From NCBI GenBank assembly GCA_965206335.1, contig OZ242209.1, positions 1,716,116-1,780,115 of the forward strand: a stretch of 64,000 bases of DNA. Reading direction: 5' to 3'. Shown here in pieces: positions 37,532 to 47,051 of this stretch (positions within the stretch are counted from its first letter, which is position 1; each line of letters begins with the position of its first letter). The stretch is from Dehalococcoidia bacterium. GTDB lineage: Bacteria > Chloroflexota > Dehalococcoidia > Lucifugimonadales > Lucifugimonadaceae. The notes under the pieces were generated by a model that saw only the letters and a list, made by a program, of their open reading frames with translations, had not been told where the DNA came from and ran no database searches. The translations under genes and the position numbers were made by a program.

Positions 37532-38767
37532 TTATGCGCTGAACTGTAGCATTCTTTGAAGTGCTTTCAAGGCGTTCTCCTTGATTTCAGGCACAACTTC
37601 TATAGAGTTTATAAGCATACCCGCTTGCAGTCCGTCCAATATCCACAGTAGATAGGCGGGATGTATACGGTACATCGTAGCGCATGGGCACACGATAGGA
37701 TCTAGGCAGAATATCGTTTTATCCGGGTTTTCATGTCCTAGCCTTTTGACCATGTTTATCTCCGTGCCTATAGCCCACACGGTACCCGCTTCGGATTCCT
37801 CTACAGTCTTGCGTATAAATTCGGTGGAGCCGTTCATATCGGCGGCATCTACAACCTCACGCGTGCACTCCGGGTGTACCAGCACCTTTACATTTGGGTA
37901 ACGTTCTCTTGACTGTTCCACCTGTTGAACGGTGAAGCGAGTATGAACGGAGCAGTGCCCTTTCCAAAGGATGAGTTTGGAGCGTTTCAAAGTTTCCGGA
38001 GTAAGCCCTCCGAGAGGGGCGAATGGATTCCAAACCGCCATATCGGCTTCATCTATTCCCAAGGTTAGAGCCGTGTTGCGCCCCAAATGTTGATCAGGCA
38101 GGAATAGCACGCGTTTGCCTCGTTCAAATGCCCACCGCATAGCGCGGGCTGCATTCGATGAGGTACATACTGCGCCGCCGTTCATTCCGCATAGAGATTT
38201 TATAGATGCGGTAGAGTTCATATAAGTCAAAGGCACTACCGGCGCTAAGTCCTTTTCTTTCTTACCGAACAGAGATGTAATCTCATCCCAGCATTCCTCC
38301 ACATCTTCAACCAGCGCCATATCCGCCATAGAGCAACCGGCCGCCATGTTTGGCAGCATTACCTTCTGGTAATCTTCAGTGAGTATAGAGGCGGTTTCCG
38401 CCATGAAATGAACGCCGCAGAACACTACAAACTCGGCGCTCTTCTCCTGTGCGGCCATTTTGGAGAGCAGGTAAGAATCACCGCGAAAGTCGGCATATTT
38501 TATAACATCATCCCGTTGGTAGTGATGCCCCAATATAACAAGGGCTTTGCCAATTGCGGCTCTAGCCTCTGCTATAGAAGCGTCCACGTCCGAAGGGGAC
38601 ATTTTCAAGTAGCGCACGGGTATTCTTTGCCAGCGAACTCCCGATCTGAACTCTTCTTCCAGAGTTTTGGTCCTAAGGTTCGCATCCGAACGGCAAAAAG
38701 CCGATTGCTCCAATTCCGTTACGGGTACAGTGAGCTTCCTTGCGGGGGCGGTTGTCATACTTATCAT
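37532..38767 (-). CDS. nadA: Quinolinate synthase (long form)
   Basis: The motifs ILGHHYQRDDV and FCGVHFMAETA are present, together with conserved Cys positions. Confidence 0.9.
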   Translation of the reverse strand: MISMTTAPARKLTVPVTELEQSAFCRSDANLRTKTLEEEFRSGVRWQRIPVRYLKMSPSDVDASIAEARAAIGKALVILGHHYQRDDVIKYADFRGDSYLLSKMAAQEKSAEFVVFCGVHFMAETASILTEDYQKVMLPNMAAGCSMADMALVEDVEECWDEITSLFGKKEKDLAPVVPLTYMNSTASIKSLCGMNGGAVCTSSNAARAMRWAFERGKRVLFLPDQHLGRNTALTLGIDEADMAVWNPFAPLGGLTPETLKRSKLILWKGHCSVHTRFTVQQVEQSRERYPNVKVLVHPECTREVVDAADMNGSTEFIRKTVEESEAGTVWAIGTEINMVKRLGHENPDKTIFCLDPIVCPCATMYRIHPAYLLWILDGLQAGMLINSIEVVPEIKENALKALQRMLQFSA

Positions 38768-40101
38768 CCTCTTCTGCTAGTATCCGCGCATTCTATAGCG
38801 CCTTCAAGCGACCACGGAGATGCGGATATAATACGCACCTTTGCATTTTCACCTAGCGATGAAACTCCTTTTTTGACATATACCAATATGTCTCCTCTTG
38901 TACGTCCGGAGAGATTTCCGTCTTTGTTATTGTTAATAAGTATATTGAATTTTTTACCTATAAGGGATAAATTTCTTTTTCGCTGAAGGGTCTCTTGCAG
39001 AGTGATAATACAGCTCATGCGTCGTTTTTTCTCCTCGCGCGGTATATCATCCTTTATACGACGAGCAGCATAAGCACCGGGACGCTCCGAATAGGCGGCG
39101 GCGTGCACTTTATCGAAGACTACCCGCTCCAGAATATCTAGCGTATCCTCGAAATCTTTTGTCGTTTCACTAGGGAAGCCTGCTATAACGTCTGTCACTA
39201 GTGCAACATTCGGGATGATTTCACGGACTTCCGCCACCTTTTCCAAGTACTGAGTACGAGTATAGCCTCGACGCATATCCGCCAACACGCGGTCATTGCC
39301 GGCTTGGAAAGGAAGATTTATATTTTCGCATACCTTCGGGATAGATTTTACAGCTTCCAAAATTCTACGTGACATATCATTGGGGTGTGAAGTGAGAAAA
39401 CGTATCCTCTCCAAGCCTTCCACTTCATTGACGTCCTCCAGTAAGTCTGCGAGGTCTCGCCTAGGGCGGAGATCATGCCCGTAAGAGTCTACGTTCTGCC
39501 CTAACAGTGTAACCTCCTTGACACCACGGCCAACCATCACACGAACATCCTCCACTATTTCCTTCGTACTTCTGCTGAATTCACGCCCTCTTCTGTAGGG
39601 AATTATACAGAAAGTACAAAACTTATCGCACCCATGAACAACGGTAAGGTAAGCGGATACACCCAGAGAGGAAGGGGTTCTACCGGTAAGGCAGCCATCC
39701 GGATCGCGGCCCGCCAAAGATGCGGTCATCTCCAAAATCGGGGAAAATTGCTGCGGTCTTGCCCACACGTCCACCTGCGGGAACCTGCGGCGCAGTGTCT
39801 TGGAATCCGGACCTACCATACAGCCCATAACGGCTATCATGCGAGGTGTACGCTTTCCATTACGCGGGCGTAATCGTCCCAGCAGCCCTGTGGCCGCATC
39901 CTCCGCCGCCTGACGCACCACGCAAGTATTGACAACCGCCACGTCCGCATCCTCCGGTTTGGAAGAAGGCACCAATCCTAGCTCTTCAAAACCGCCTTCC
40001 AACATTTCGGAATCGGCCTTATTCATCTGACAGCCGAACGTCCAGATATGATACGTAGAGATATCGGATACTTCAGTTTTGACAACGTCTCTCATCTGCA
40101 T
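38764..40101 (-). CDS. miaB: tRNA methylthiotransferase MiaB family (radical SAM + TRAM)
   Basis: It has the N-terminal UPF0004 motif TFGCQMNKADSE, the radical-SAM motif CDKFCTFCIIP and a C-terminal TRAM-like domain. Confidence 0.85.
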   Translation of the reverse strand: MQMRDVVKTEVSDISTYHIWTFGCQMNKADSEMLEGGFEELGLVPSSKPEDADVAVVNTCVVRQAAEDAATGLLGRLRPRNGKRTPRMIAVMGCMVGPDSKTLRRRFPQVDVWARPQQFSPILEMTASLAGRDPDGCLTGRTPSSLGVSAYLTVVHGCDKFCTFCIIPYRRGREFSRSTKEIVEDVRVMVGRGVKEVTLLGQNVDSYGHDLRPRRDLADLLEDVNEVEGLERIRFLTSHPNDMSRRILEAVKSIPKVCENINLPFQAGNDRVLADMRRGYTRTQYLEKVAEVREIIPNVALVTDVIAGFPSETTKDFEDTLDILERVVFDKVHAAAYSERPGAYAARRIKDDIPREEKKRRMSCIITLQETLQRKRNLSLIGKKFNILINNNKDGNLSGRTRGDILVYVKKGVSSLGENAKVRIISASPWSLEGAIECADTSRRG

Positions 40102-40134
40102 TTATGTAAAGTTACTCCAAACCATAGGCAGTAG

Positions 40135-40180
40135 TGGCGGAAGGAGTGGGATTTGAACCCGCGAGAGGGTTACCCCAACC
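40135..40180 (-). pseudogene. tRNA-Ser-like 3' fragment (variable arm + T arm + acceptor 3' strand + CCA)
   Basis: Its reverse complement, gttggggtaaccctctcgcgggttcaaatcccactccttccgcca, aligns with the 3' half of the tRNA at 42107-42196, with 3 substitutions and a 2-nt indel. I could not fold a D arm, a proper anticodon arm or a 5' acceptor strand upstream. Confidence 0.7.
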
Positions 40181-40680
40181 TCTTTCGACCGGATTAGCGG
40201 ACGGGGGTGATGGATAGCAACAAAATTCAAAAGGAATTCCTGGCCTTGCTTCGGTCGTTTCACTTCTTATTTACACCTTCCGTAAACCCGTTACCACTTT
40301 AATTATAAAGAATTCATACTCCATATTGTATTCAGCATACCAAACTATACAGTAGTTCACTTCATATGGGCATAGTGAACGATTTTAAAAGATTCGACAC
40401 GCCGGGTGGCTACTCCCCTATTGATATGTAGCCGTCTTGTCGATTTGTCGCTTGATGCCATTGTCAAGATAGAGAGCTCCGTCAGTTATAAAGTCCGACC
40501 ATTTGTTATGGAACAAAGACACGTGCCACAGTAGCACCGAATGTATTGCACATAACGCCAATAGTACCGATGGTAAATAATCCGATTGTCATTTGACGAA
40601 CGTATCTCTTTGTATAGTAGGTGTGTAGAGGCTTGTAAACTTCAACGGAACCGAGTAACTAGAATAGGAGGTGAGTTGCT

Positions 40681-41790
40681 ATGAATGGAAAATCGATACG
40701 AGCTAGCTCGATAGCTTTTTTATTTGGGTTTATCATCCTTGCAGGGGTAGCATGCGGTGGCGGTGGTTCTACCCTCGAGACGGTTGTAGTAGAGCCGCGT
40801 TTGGTCGACTGCGTAGGAGTAGTGCCGCAGAGATGTATGGTGGTAGATGGCGAGTACTTCTATGGTGCTATCGAGGGGTTTACTTATGAAGAAGGATATA
40901 CATATACCTTGGAAGTTCGTATTGAGGAGCTGCCTGAAGACGAGGTGCCGGCCGATGGTAGCAGTTTGAAGTACTATTTGGTACGACAGGTTAGCAAAGT
41001 AGCGGAACCCCCACAATCAACATCTCTACAAACCGGAAAAGCGAGTATCGATCTGAACGTTACCGCTAATACCGACACTGATTTCAAGGGGCCAACCAAA
41101 AAAGTGACAGTGTTCAATATTCCAATATATGCCTTTGCCGGTGTGTCCGATACCAAAATGAAACACGCCGCCACCGTGATGGCGGAGTACCTTGATAACA
41201 ACGAAGACGGAACCGTTGACAACCCCGCTGTAGTGGCTGCTATGATGGATAACAATGCTTTTCTGATTATGTGGTCCAAAGAATCCGACCGGGAAAATTT
41301 TGACTTTCCGCGCAACTATATCGGGCAAGACTTAGGCGCGCCTGAGACTATACCCGAATGGCACACTATTGAACCCGCCAATCAGTTTGACGCAACCCTT
41401 GAAGAGGTACTCCACCTCATTACCAGCGCCGGCTACGCCTACGCCTACCCAGATGTATTCGGCGAGAGAAGGGGTACCCTCCTCGCAAACGCCATGGACA
41501 TCGCACGCGGCGGGTATTTCGAAAAAACGCCGTCTTCCTACCCCGAAGGCGCCTGGTACAGCTATGACGATACAACTTGCGATTACGCGTGTATGGTAAC
41601 CGAGTACTTCTATTGGTCTCTCACCTCGCTGCTAGGAGCTCAGAACGCTCGGGCGGATGATATCGGGGAAGAATGGCGGGCGCATACACCGGCGTTGCTG
41701 AAGTCTAAAGATATGGCGGCTTACATGCTCCTTACCAACGCGGAGTATCGCTTGCCAAATACACTTCCGAACGGGGTGTATTCGCGATAG
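40681..41790 (+). CDS. Lipoprotein, unknown function (N-terminal DUF4377-like module)
   Basis: The signal peptide has the lipobox LAGVAC. The following stretch (LVDCVGVVPQRCMVVDGEYFYGAIEGFTYEEGYTYTLEV) matches my recollection of DUF4377. The RBS aggagg is upstream. Confidence 0.6.
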   Translation: MNGKSIRASSIAFLFGFIILAGVACGGGGSTLETVVVEPRLVDCVGVVPQRCMVVDGEYFYGAIEGFTYEEGYTYTLEVRIEELPEDEVPADGSSLKYYLVRQVSKVAEPPQSTSLQTGKASIDLNVTANTDTDFKGPTKKVTVFNIPIYAFAGVSDTKMKHAATVMAEYLDNNEDGTVDNPAVVAAMMDNNAFLIMWSKESDRENFDFPRNYIGQDLGAPETIPEWHTIEPANQFDATLEEVLHLITSAGYAYAYPDVFGERRGTLLANAMDIARGGYFEKTPSSYPEGAWYSYDDTTCDYACMVTEYFYWSLTSLLGAQNARADDIGEEWRAHTPALLKSKDMAAYMLLTNAEYRLPNTLPNGVYSR

Positions 41791-42106
41791 GATGTTTTCA
41801 GGAGCGAAGATTTGCCGCCCGGTGACTAGCCTTCGGTGTGGGCTTATTGCCAAATTGCCGTACAAACACGTGAAACGTTAACCGTAATACCCTGAGATAA
41901 TCCCGCGGGGTAGATCGTTCCGCTCCTAATATATATCAGGGGTTAGGGATTTTCTCGAAATATCCGGTGAGGCGCCTTATGCGCAAGCTCGTTTCTTTAA
42001 CTTTGCCCTGAAAATATTGGCGTTAGCAGAAAAATCAGCCCAAAACTGGCGTGCAGCGCCGCTTTGCGAGGACGAACGTCGCCGCCTTTCGGTCGAAAAT
42101 AAAAAC

Positions 42107-42196
42107 TGGCGGAGGGAGCGGGATTCGAACCCGCGAGAGGGTTACCCCCCAACCCGCTTAGCAGGCGGGCGCACTAGACCACTATGCGACCCCTCC
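42107..42196 (-). tRNA. tRNA-Ser (anticodon GCT), CCA encoded
   Basis: The reverse complement is ggaggggtcgcatagtggtctagtgcgcccgcctgctaagcgggttggggggtaaccctctcgcgggttcgaatcccgctccctccgcca. It folds with a 7-bp acceptor, a 3-bp D stem, the anticodon loop CTGCTAA, a long variable arm and the T loop TTCGAAT. Confidence 0.95.
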
Positions 42197-42252
42197 ATTA
42201 CATTCAATGTTATTACTTCAAGCCGCTTTAACGGAGGATGTAGACGAAATAA

Positions 42253-43038
42253 TCATCTTTGTAACCTCCTGCGCAGCAATTTGACCGCTATAAACCACAA
42301 AATAGCCGTCAATCCAAGCATATATAATGCATCCCACAGATGAGAAATAGAAAGCATACCGGAAGCCATACCTCTAGCTATGGAAACCCCGGGCCTGAGC
42401 GGCAGAATCCATCCTATATATTCAGCCCAATCCGGCAAAACCGAAAGAGGGAAGAAAGTGCCGCTGAAGAAATAAATAGGAGTAGCAACCATAGTAAATA
42501 CTATAGACAGAAAGCTTACATAAGGGACGGTGGCAGAAAAAAGATAACCCAAAGCGCCAAACAAAAGAGCCACCATAAAAGCGGGTATCAGTATACCTAT
42601 AGCCGTCCATGAAGTAAACCATCCAAACGCCGCCGCAAATACCATCACGGCCGCCACAGACATAATAGCACGCGTGGCAGCCCATGCTATATCCCCCAGT
42701 GTTAGCTCGAATATAGTAACGGGTGCGGATAGTTGCGTCTCATAAATCCCCTTGGTAATTCGGTTATAAGCATTCCAAGAAGTTTCGAAAATCGCAAGCC
42801 ACATTGCCTGCCCAATAATTATTCCGGGCGTAACGAACTCAGCGTAAGGTAATCCATCCTCTACGTCACCTACCAGCCTTCCAATACCCACAGCCGTAGC
42901 TAGGAGTATAAGAGCCGGCTCGATAAATATCCACGTGAAATTAATCCGCACATAACGAAGGAATCGCTCATATTGGTGGCGCCACAAAGCAACCACCACG
43001 TGCATATTCACTGAATCTCCCCTTATCGCCGCCATCAT
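42253..43038 (-). CDS. ABC-2 type transporter permease
   Basis: It is a six-TM-like hydrophobic protein. Its start overlaps the stop of the ATPase gene by 4 nt. Confidence 0.75.
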   Translation of the reverse strand: MMAAIRGDSVNMHVVVALWRHQYERFLRYVRINFTWIFIEPALILLATAVGIGRLVGDVEDGLPYAEFVTPGIIIGQAMWLAIFETSWNAYNRITKGIYETQLSAPVTIFELTLGDIAWAATRAIMSVAAVMVFAAAFGWFTSWTAIGILIPAFMVALLFGALGYLFSATVPYVSFLSIVFTMVATPIYFFSGTFFPLSVLPDWAEYIGWILPLRPGVSIARGMASGMLSISHLWDALYMLGLTAILWFIAVKLLRRRLQR

Positions 43039-43985
43039 TCCTTCTCGATGTTCTTACCGGTAAGAACCAAAAAAACATCCTCAAGATTTGGCAACCGAGT
43101 AGTTACCTGAATACCATCTATATGAGGCATACTCTCTTCTCCGCCGTTTAACAACACACGCAAAAAAGAATCGCTGCCGATAACTCGGCGTCCTTCGGAT
43201 ATCAAACGAAGACGAACATCATCCGGTACACCGTTAGACGAGTTTAAAATAGCCACTTTCACCCCCGCGTATTTGCTCACCAGTTCTTCCGGAGTGCCTT
43301 CAGCCAGCAGGCGCCCTTCATACATAACCCCTACCCTATCACACAATGCGGCCGCTTCCTCCATATAATGCGTAGACATGAGTATAGTAACGCCCTCCCG
43401 TTTCATGCGGCCTAGCTGTTCCCATACTTTACTGCGACTGTGAGGGTCTAGCCCTGTTGTAGGTTCGTCCAATACTATCACCTTCGGCCTAGCCATAAGT
43501 GCCCTAGCTATAGCAAGACGGCGCCGCATACCTCCGGAGAGATGATTTACATCATCCTCCGCCCTATCCTCCAAATCCATAAAACGCAGTACCTCCATAG
43601 CTCTATCAATAGATGCTCGCCACCCCATACCGGAAAGGTGGCCAAATATGGCGAGGTTCAATTTCACTACTACCGCGTCATCCAGTCCGTCTGACTGTGT
43701 CACAATCCCCATTAATTTCCTAACCTCACGAGATGACTTCACAACGTCTATTCCGCATACTTCAATAGAGCCGTTAGTAGGCGGTAAAACGCCTGAGATA
43801 GCGCGCATAACCGTAGTCTTCCCAGCGCCGTTTGGACCAAGAAGACCATAAAATTCACCTTCCGGGATATTCAGTGAAATGCCAGCCACAGCCTGTTTAT
43901 CATCGTAGGTTTTATAAAGTGAGCGTACGCTTACTGCATAACGTGTTAACTGCACCTTGTAAAATTCGGTGGCATTTTTAACCAT
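43035..43985 (-). CDS. ABC transporter ATP-binding protein (DrrA/NodI-like)
   Basis: Walker A is GPNGAGKTT, the signature is LSGGMRRR and Walker B is IVLDEPTTGLD. Confidence 0.9.
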   Translation of the reverse strand: MVKNATEFYKVQLTRYAVSVRSLYKTYDDKQAVAGISLNIPEGEFYGLLGPNGAGKTTVMRAISGVLPPTNGSIEVCGIDVVKSSREVRKLMGIVTQSDGLDDAVVVKLNLAIFGHLSGMGWRASIDRAMEVLRFMDLEDRAEDDVNHLSGGMRRRLAIARALMARPKVIVLDEPTTGLDPHSRSKVWEQLGRMKREGVTILMSTHYMEEAAALCDRVGVMYEGRLLAEGTPEELVSKYAGVKVAILNSSNGVPDDVRLRLISEGRRVIGSDSFLRVLLNGGEESMPHIDGIQVTTRLPNLEDVFLVLTGKNIEKE

Positions 43986-43994
43986 AGGTAGCTC

Positions 43995-45908
43995 TTATTT
44001 TGTGCTAAGCGTAACTATTGCCGGGTCGTGATCGGACTGAGCGTGACCGTCGGTAAAACCGGCATTGTTACCGGAAGAAGTGAAGCTGCGGTCGTAATAG
44101 TGTGTGGATATATGAGCGTAGTGAAAATCAACGATGACGTCCGCTAGCTCTTCACTGATAAGTATATGGTCCAAAGTCTGTAACTGTCCAGAAAACTGTA
44201 TGCTATAGTTCCTTTCTTTCGGTGACTCGAACCATAAGTTACTCAGGTAGGATTCTGTCAAAATTATCAGGGGCGCTTCATCCTCGAAGGTGTTGAAATC
44301 TCCTACCGCTAATACATTCTGCCCGGTTGCTATTATGCCCTCTACAACTTCCAAAACGAACTCCGCTTGCGCTATGCGGCATGCATCCGGAGCCGCTTTA
44401 GATGAGAAGTGGACATTTATAGCGGTGAAACTGAGCCCATCCGCTTCTATTTCTAGGGCTAAAGGCGGTCTATCGAAAAGCAATCCTTCAATATCACCGC
44501 AGCCTCTACCTGTATTATCGAGTTCATTCTTTCCGTACTGCGTTACACGTTTAACAGTTACATCATCATTTACCAGAAACCCAACATCGATGCCTCGGTT
44601 ATCGTTACCTTCCTCCAAGTACGCGGTATATCCGCCAAGACCAAAGGCTATATCTTCCAAGCCATTCAAATCGTAAGCTTCCTGAACCGCCAATATATGC
44701 GGACGTGCCAGCAGTCTATCTATAGCATCGACGATTCTGCCTTGTTTACTTAGGTATTCCCGCGTGCTCACTCTATCGCCATCGTGGAGTACACCTTCGG
44801 GGAGAAAGTTCTCCAGATTCATAATAGCTAATCTCAAAGCGGGCGGATCTGAAGGTGAGGGTTCAGAATACGGATAGGAAACCTCTTCAGATGGCGTTAC
44901 AAGCGGAGGAGGGCTGCCATCGAGTCCCGTTTGCACGACTATCTTATAATGATCGAAGCTGTAAGCCAAAGGTCCTACAGCTCCCTCTACAATAGCGAAA
45001 ATATCCGCCGGTACAATAGAGGAAGAAGGTTCTTCGGGTCGCCTAGGTATACGAGGGTTACCCGCGCCTGCGTCCGCGGATATGCCGAGCAGTCCCGATA
45101 GCACAGATCCGCGCATAACGATGCCTCTTTCCGTGCCCGGAGTAAGAAAGAGCTCGCCAAATTTGTTGACGCCGCCCGAGTTCGCAACGCCACTTTTCAA
45201 TAAAACGCGCATACTTTCAAGGGACTCGTAGTAATCACGAGATGCTCTGCTTTCATCTATAACCTCGGGATTGGGCAGTATTCCTTCCCCAACTACCATG
45301 ATTTCGACTGCATTTATGGCTGTAATTTCGAAATGTTCCACCACTTCACCGGAAACTCTTACAACCGCACCTATCGGATATCGCGTAACATCATCCGTGA
45401 ATCTGCGGAATTGTACAAATATCCCTTCGGATGTAACGGGGTCGCCATCCTCATCCGCCTGCTCTTCTTGAACGAATATCCCTCTGTCATTGTGATATAC
45501 CTTTCCCGAATTCGATTGGCCTGCTTTATCATCCCATCCAGTAACTACCCCCTCTATAGTTACCGTTTCACCAAGTAGCGGCGAATCGTCTACCCTGTCT
45601 CCGGCTGCAGGATAAGGAGTTGGAAAGTCAGGATCCGGTGCGGGCACACCGCCTTGTATTCTATTTATCAGAGTCACCGAAGGGTCTCGCTGTCTAGGGG
45701 GCGGTTGAGGTGAAGGCGGGGAAGTTGGGGAAGGAGATACCTCAAAGCGAGATTCGGTTGAATCTTCAACCGGCGGGCCATTTTGTGCGCACCCTTGCGA
45801 TACAGCGGCCACTAGCGCAATCAATAATAGCATGCACAGTACAAAGACGGATGTAATATGTAAACGCATAACTCTGTATGATGATATTCGGCTTTGAGGG
45901 TGATTCAT
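43995..45908 (-). CDS. Secreted endonuclease/exonuclease/phosphatase-fold protein (putative extracellular nuclease)
   Basis: It has an N-terminal hydrophobic signal ending in SQGC and a Pro/Ser-rich linker. The C-terminal domain ends in SDHDPAIVTL, which is typical of the EEP fold. Confidence 0.6.
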   Translation of the reverse strand: MNHPQSRISSYRVMRLHITSVFVLCMLLLIALVAAVSQGCAQNGPPVEDSTESRFEVSPSPTSPPSPQPPPRQRDPSVTLINRIQGGVPAPDPDFPTPYPAAGDRVDDSPLLGETVTIEGVVTGWDDKAGQSNSGKVYHNDRGIFVQEEQADEDGDPVTSEGIFVQFRRFTDDVTRYPIGAVVRVSGEVVEHFEITAINAVEIMVVGEGILPNPEVIDESRASRDYYESLESMRVLLKSGVANSGGVNKFGELFLTPGTERGIVMRGSVLSGLLGISADAGAGNPRIPRRPEEPSSSIVPADIFAIVEGAVGPLAYSFDHYKIVVQTGLDGSPPPLVTPSEEVSYPYSEPSPSDPPALRLAIMNLENFLPEGVLHDGDRVSTREYLSKQGRIVDAIDRLLARPHILAVQEAYDLNGLEDIAFGLGGYTAYLEEGNDNRGIDVGFLVNDDVTVKRVTQYGKNELDNTGRGCGDIEGLLFDRPPLALEIEADGLSFTAINVHFSSKAAPDACRIAQAEFVLEVVEGIIATGQNVLAVGDFNTFEDEAPLIILTESYLSNLWFESPKERNYSIQFSGQLQTLDHILISEELADVIVDFHYAHISTHYYDRSFTSSGNNAGFTDGHAQSDHDPAIVTLSTK

Positions 45909-46145
45909 GCGAGGGACCTTATATAAAGCAGTATAGATATTTACTATTGTAAAGGTGAATTGTTTAAATCAATACGGGTGTATACTAGTTTCAGGAAGAA
46001 TAAGCGGAAGTATGAACTTTTTGGATTCTTGGATTTAGGGAAGTCGGGGGTACTTGCAGGTTCCTTGATTTTGGCATTCCGCCGTTTTCTGCTTGAGAAA
46101 CCTGCTATCGATAATGCTGAAACTACCTTCAAGGAGTAAATTCGT

Positions 46146-46445
46146 ATGGATGAAAAAAAGGAAATGAGTAACCGATCCGCTTGGGCGAAGTGGTTCGGTT
46201 TTGACTCCGGCGACCCCGCGAGTACAATTGCATTTATCTTCGCAGTAACTGCCGGATCTTGGACGTGGTTCGTCGGGAGGTTCTTGGCAAACTGGCTAAT
46301 CGGATCAGCCGGTTGGCCTGTTTGGCTTGCCATTCTCGTTACGGTTATAGTGTTTATTGTGGGCGTCATTTCAATAAGTATGCTTATTCGTGTAATGGGA
46401 CGCATGATGGGACGCATGATGACACGCTCTAGCGAAAACGGGTGA
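46146..46445 (+). CDS. Small membrane protein, unknown function
   Basis: GGAG lies upstream of the ATG. There are two or three clear hydrophobic helices and a tail carrying the tandem MGRMMGRMM. Confidence 0.45.
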   Translation: MDEKKEMSNRSAWAKWFGFDSGDPASTIAFIFAVTAGSWTWFVGRFLANWLIGSAGWPVWLAILVTVIVFIVGVISISMLIRVMGRMMGRMMTRSSENG

Positions 46446-47051
46446 TAGGGTCAAAGAGGGTGACTTCATAGGTATGCCCGCCTTATGTAGGGCACTGGGT
46501 ATTTTCCGCTAAAGTAAAAGCTCCCATATAAATTATACCTTCGCCAATTGTGTGATATATTTCCTGCGTTTGAATTAGGCAGTGTAAAGGGTGGGATCAT
46601 AGCTTTGTAGCTCTTTTATCGGCGCGCACGAAGGTTCACGCTGTATGCCAACGGGGCGGTGTAAGTGAAGGCGCTGAAGTTGGATAGGTGTGTAGGCGCG
46701 GCTTAGCGGAGGGGTCGTTTTTGATGTATTTACGCTGAGCGTCAGCAAGTCGGAATTTGTACCCAAAGGTGGTTCATATACAAAGCCGCGATGTGATATG
46801 TAAACGTATAACTATATTATGATAGTTGCCTTTGCAGGAAAGTTATACGAAGAATTTTATAGAGAACGGTTCGATATTTTGGCATTGCAAAAGCAGACGA
46901 TATACGCGTATGTTGCTCTGAAGTGGAAGTATCCGTTTGGGATACGGCTTGCGTTCTTTCATTTATCATTGTGTATAATACATATTCGGGGGGAAGAGTA
47001 TACCCTCAATATTTTTTGGAAGATTAAAAAAGTAAAGAGAGTTGTCTAATT

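Noticed and set aside
40135-40281. A complete tRNA (Ser/Sec), an intron-containing tRNA, or the 3' end of a tmRNA
   Set aside because: A matching 5' acceptor strand (ggaagg..) occurs only ~147 nt upstream. No D arm or valid anticodon stem can be drawn. The T stem has a C-A mismatch. The long variable arm is incompatible with a tmRNA tRNA-like domain, and there is no TCA anticodon for Sec.
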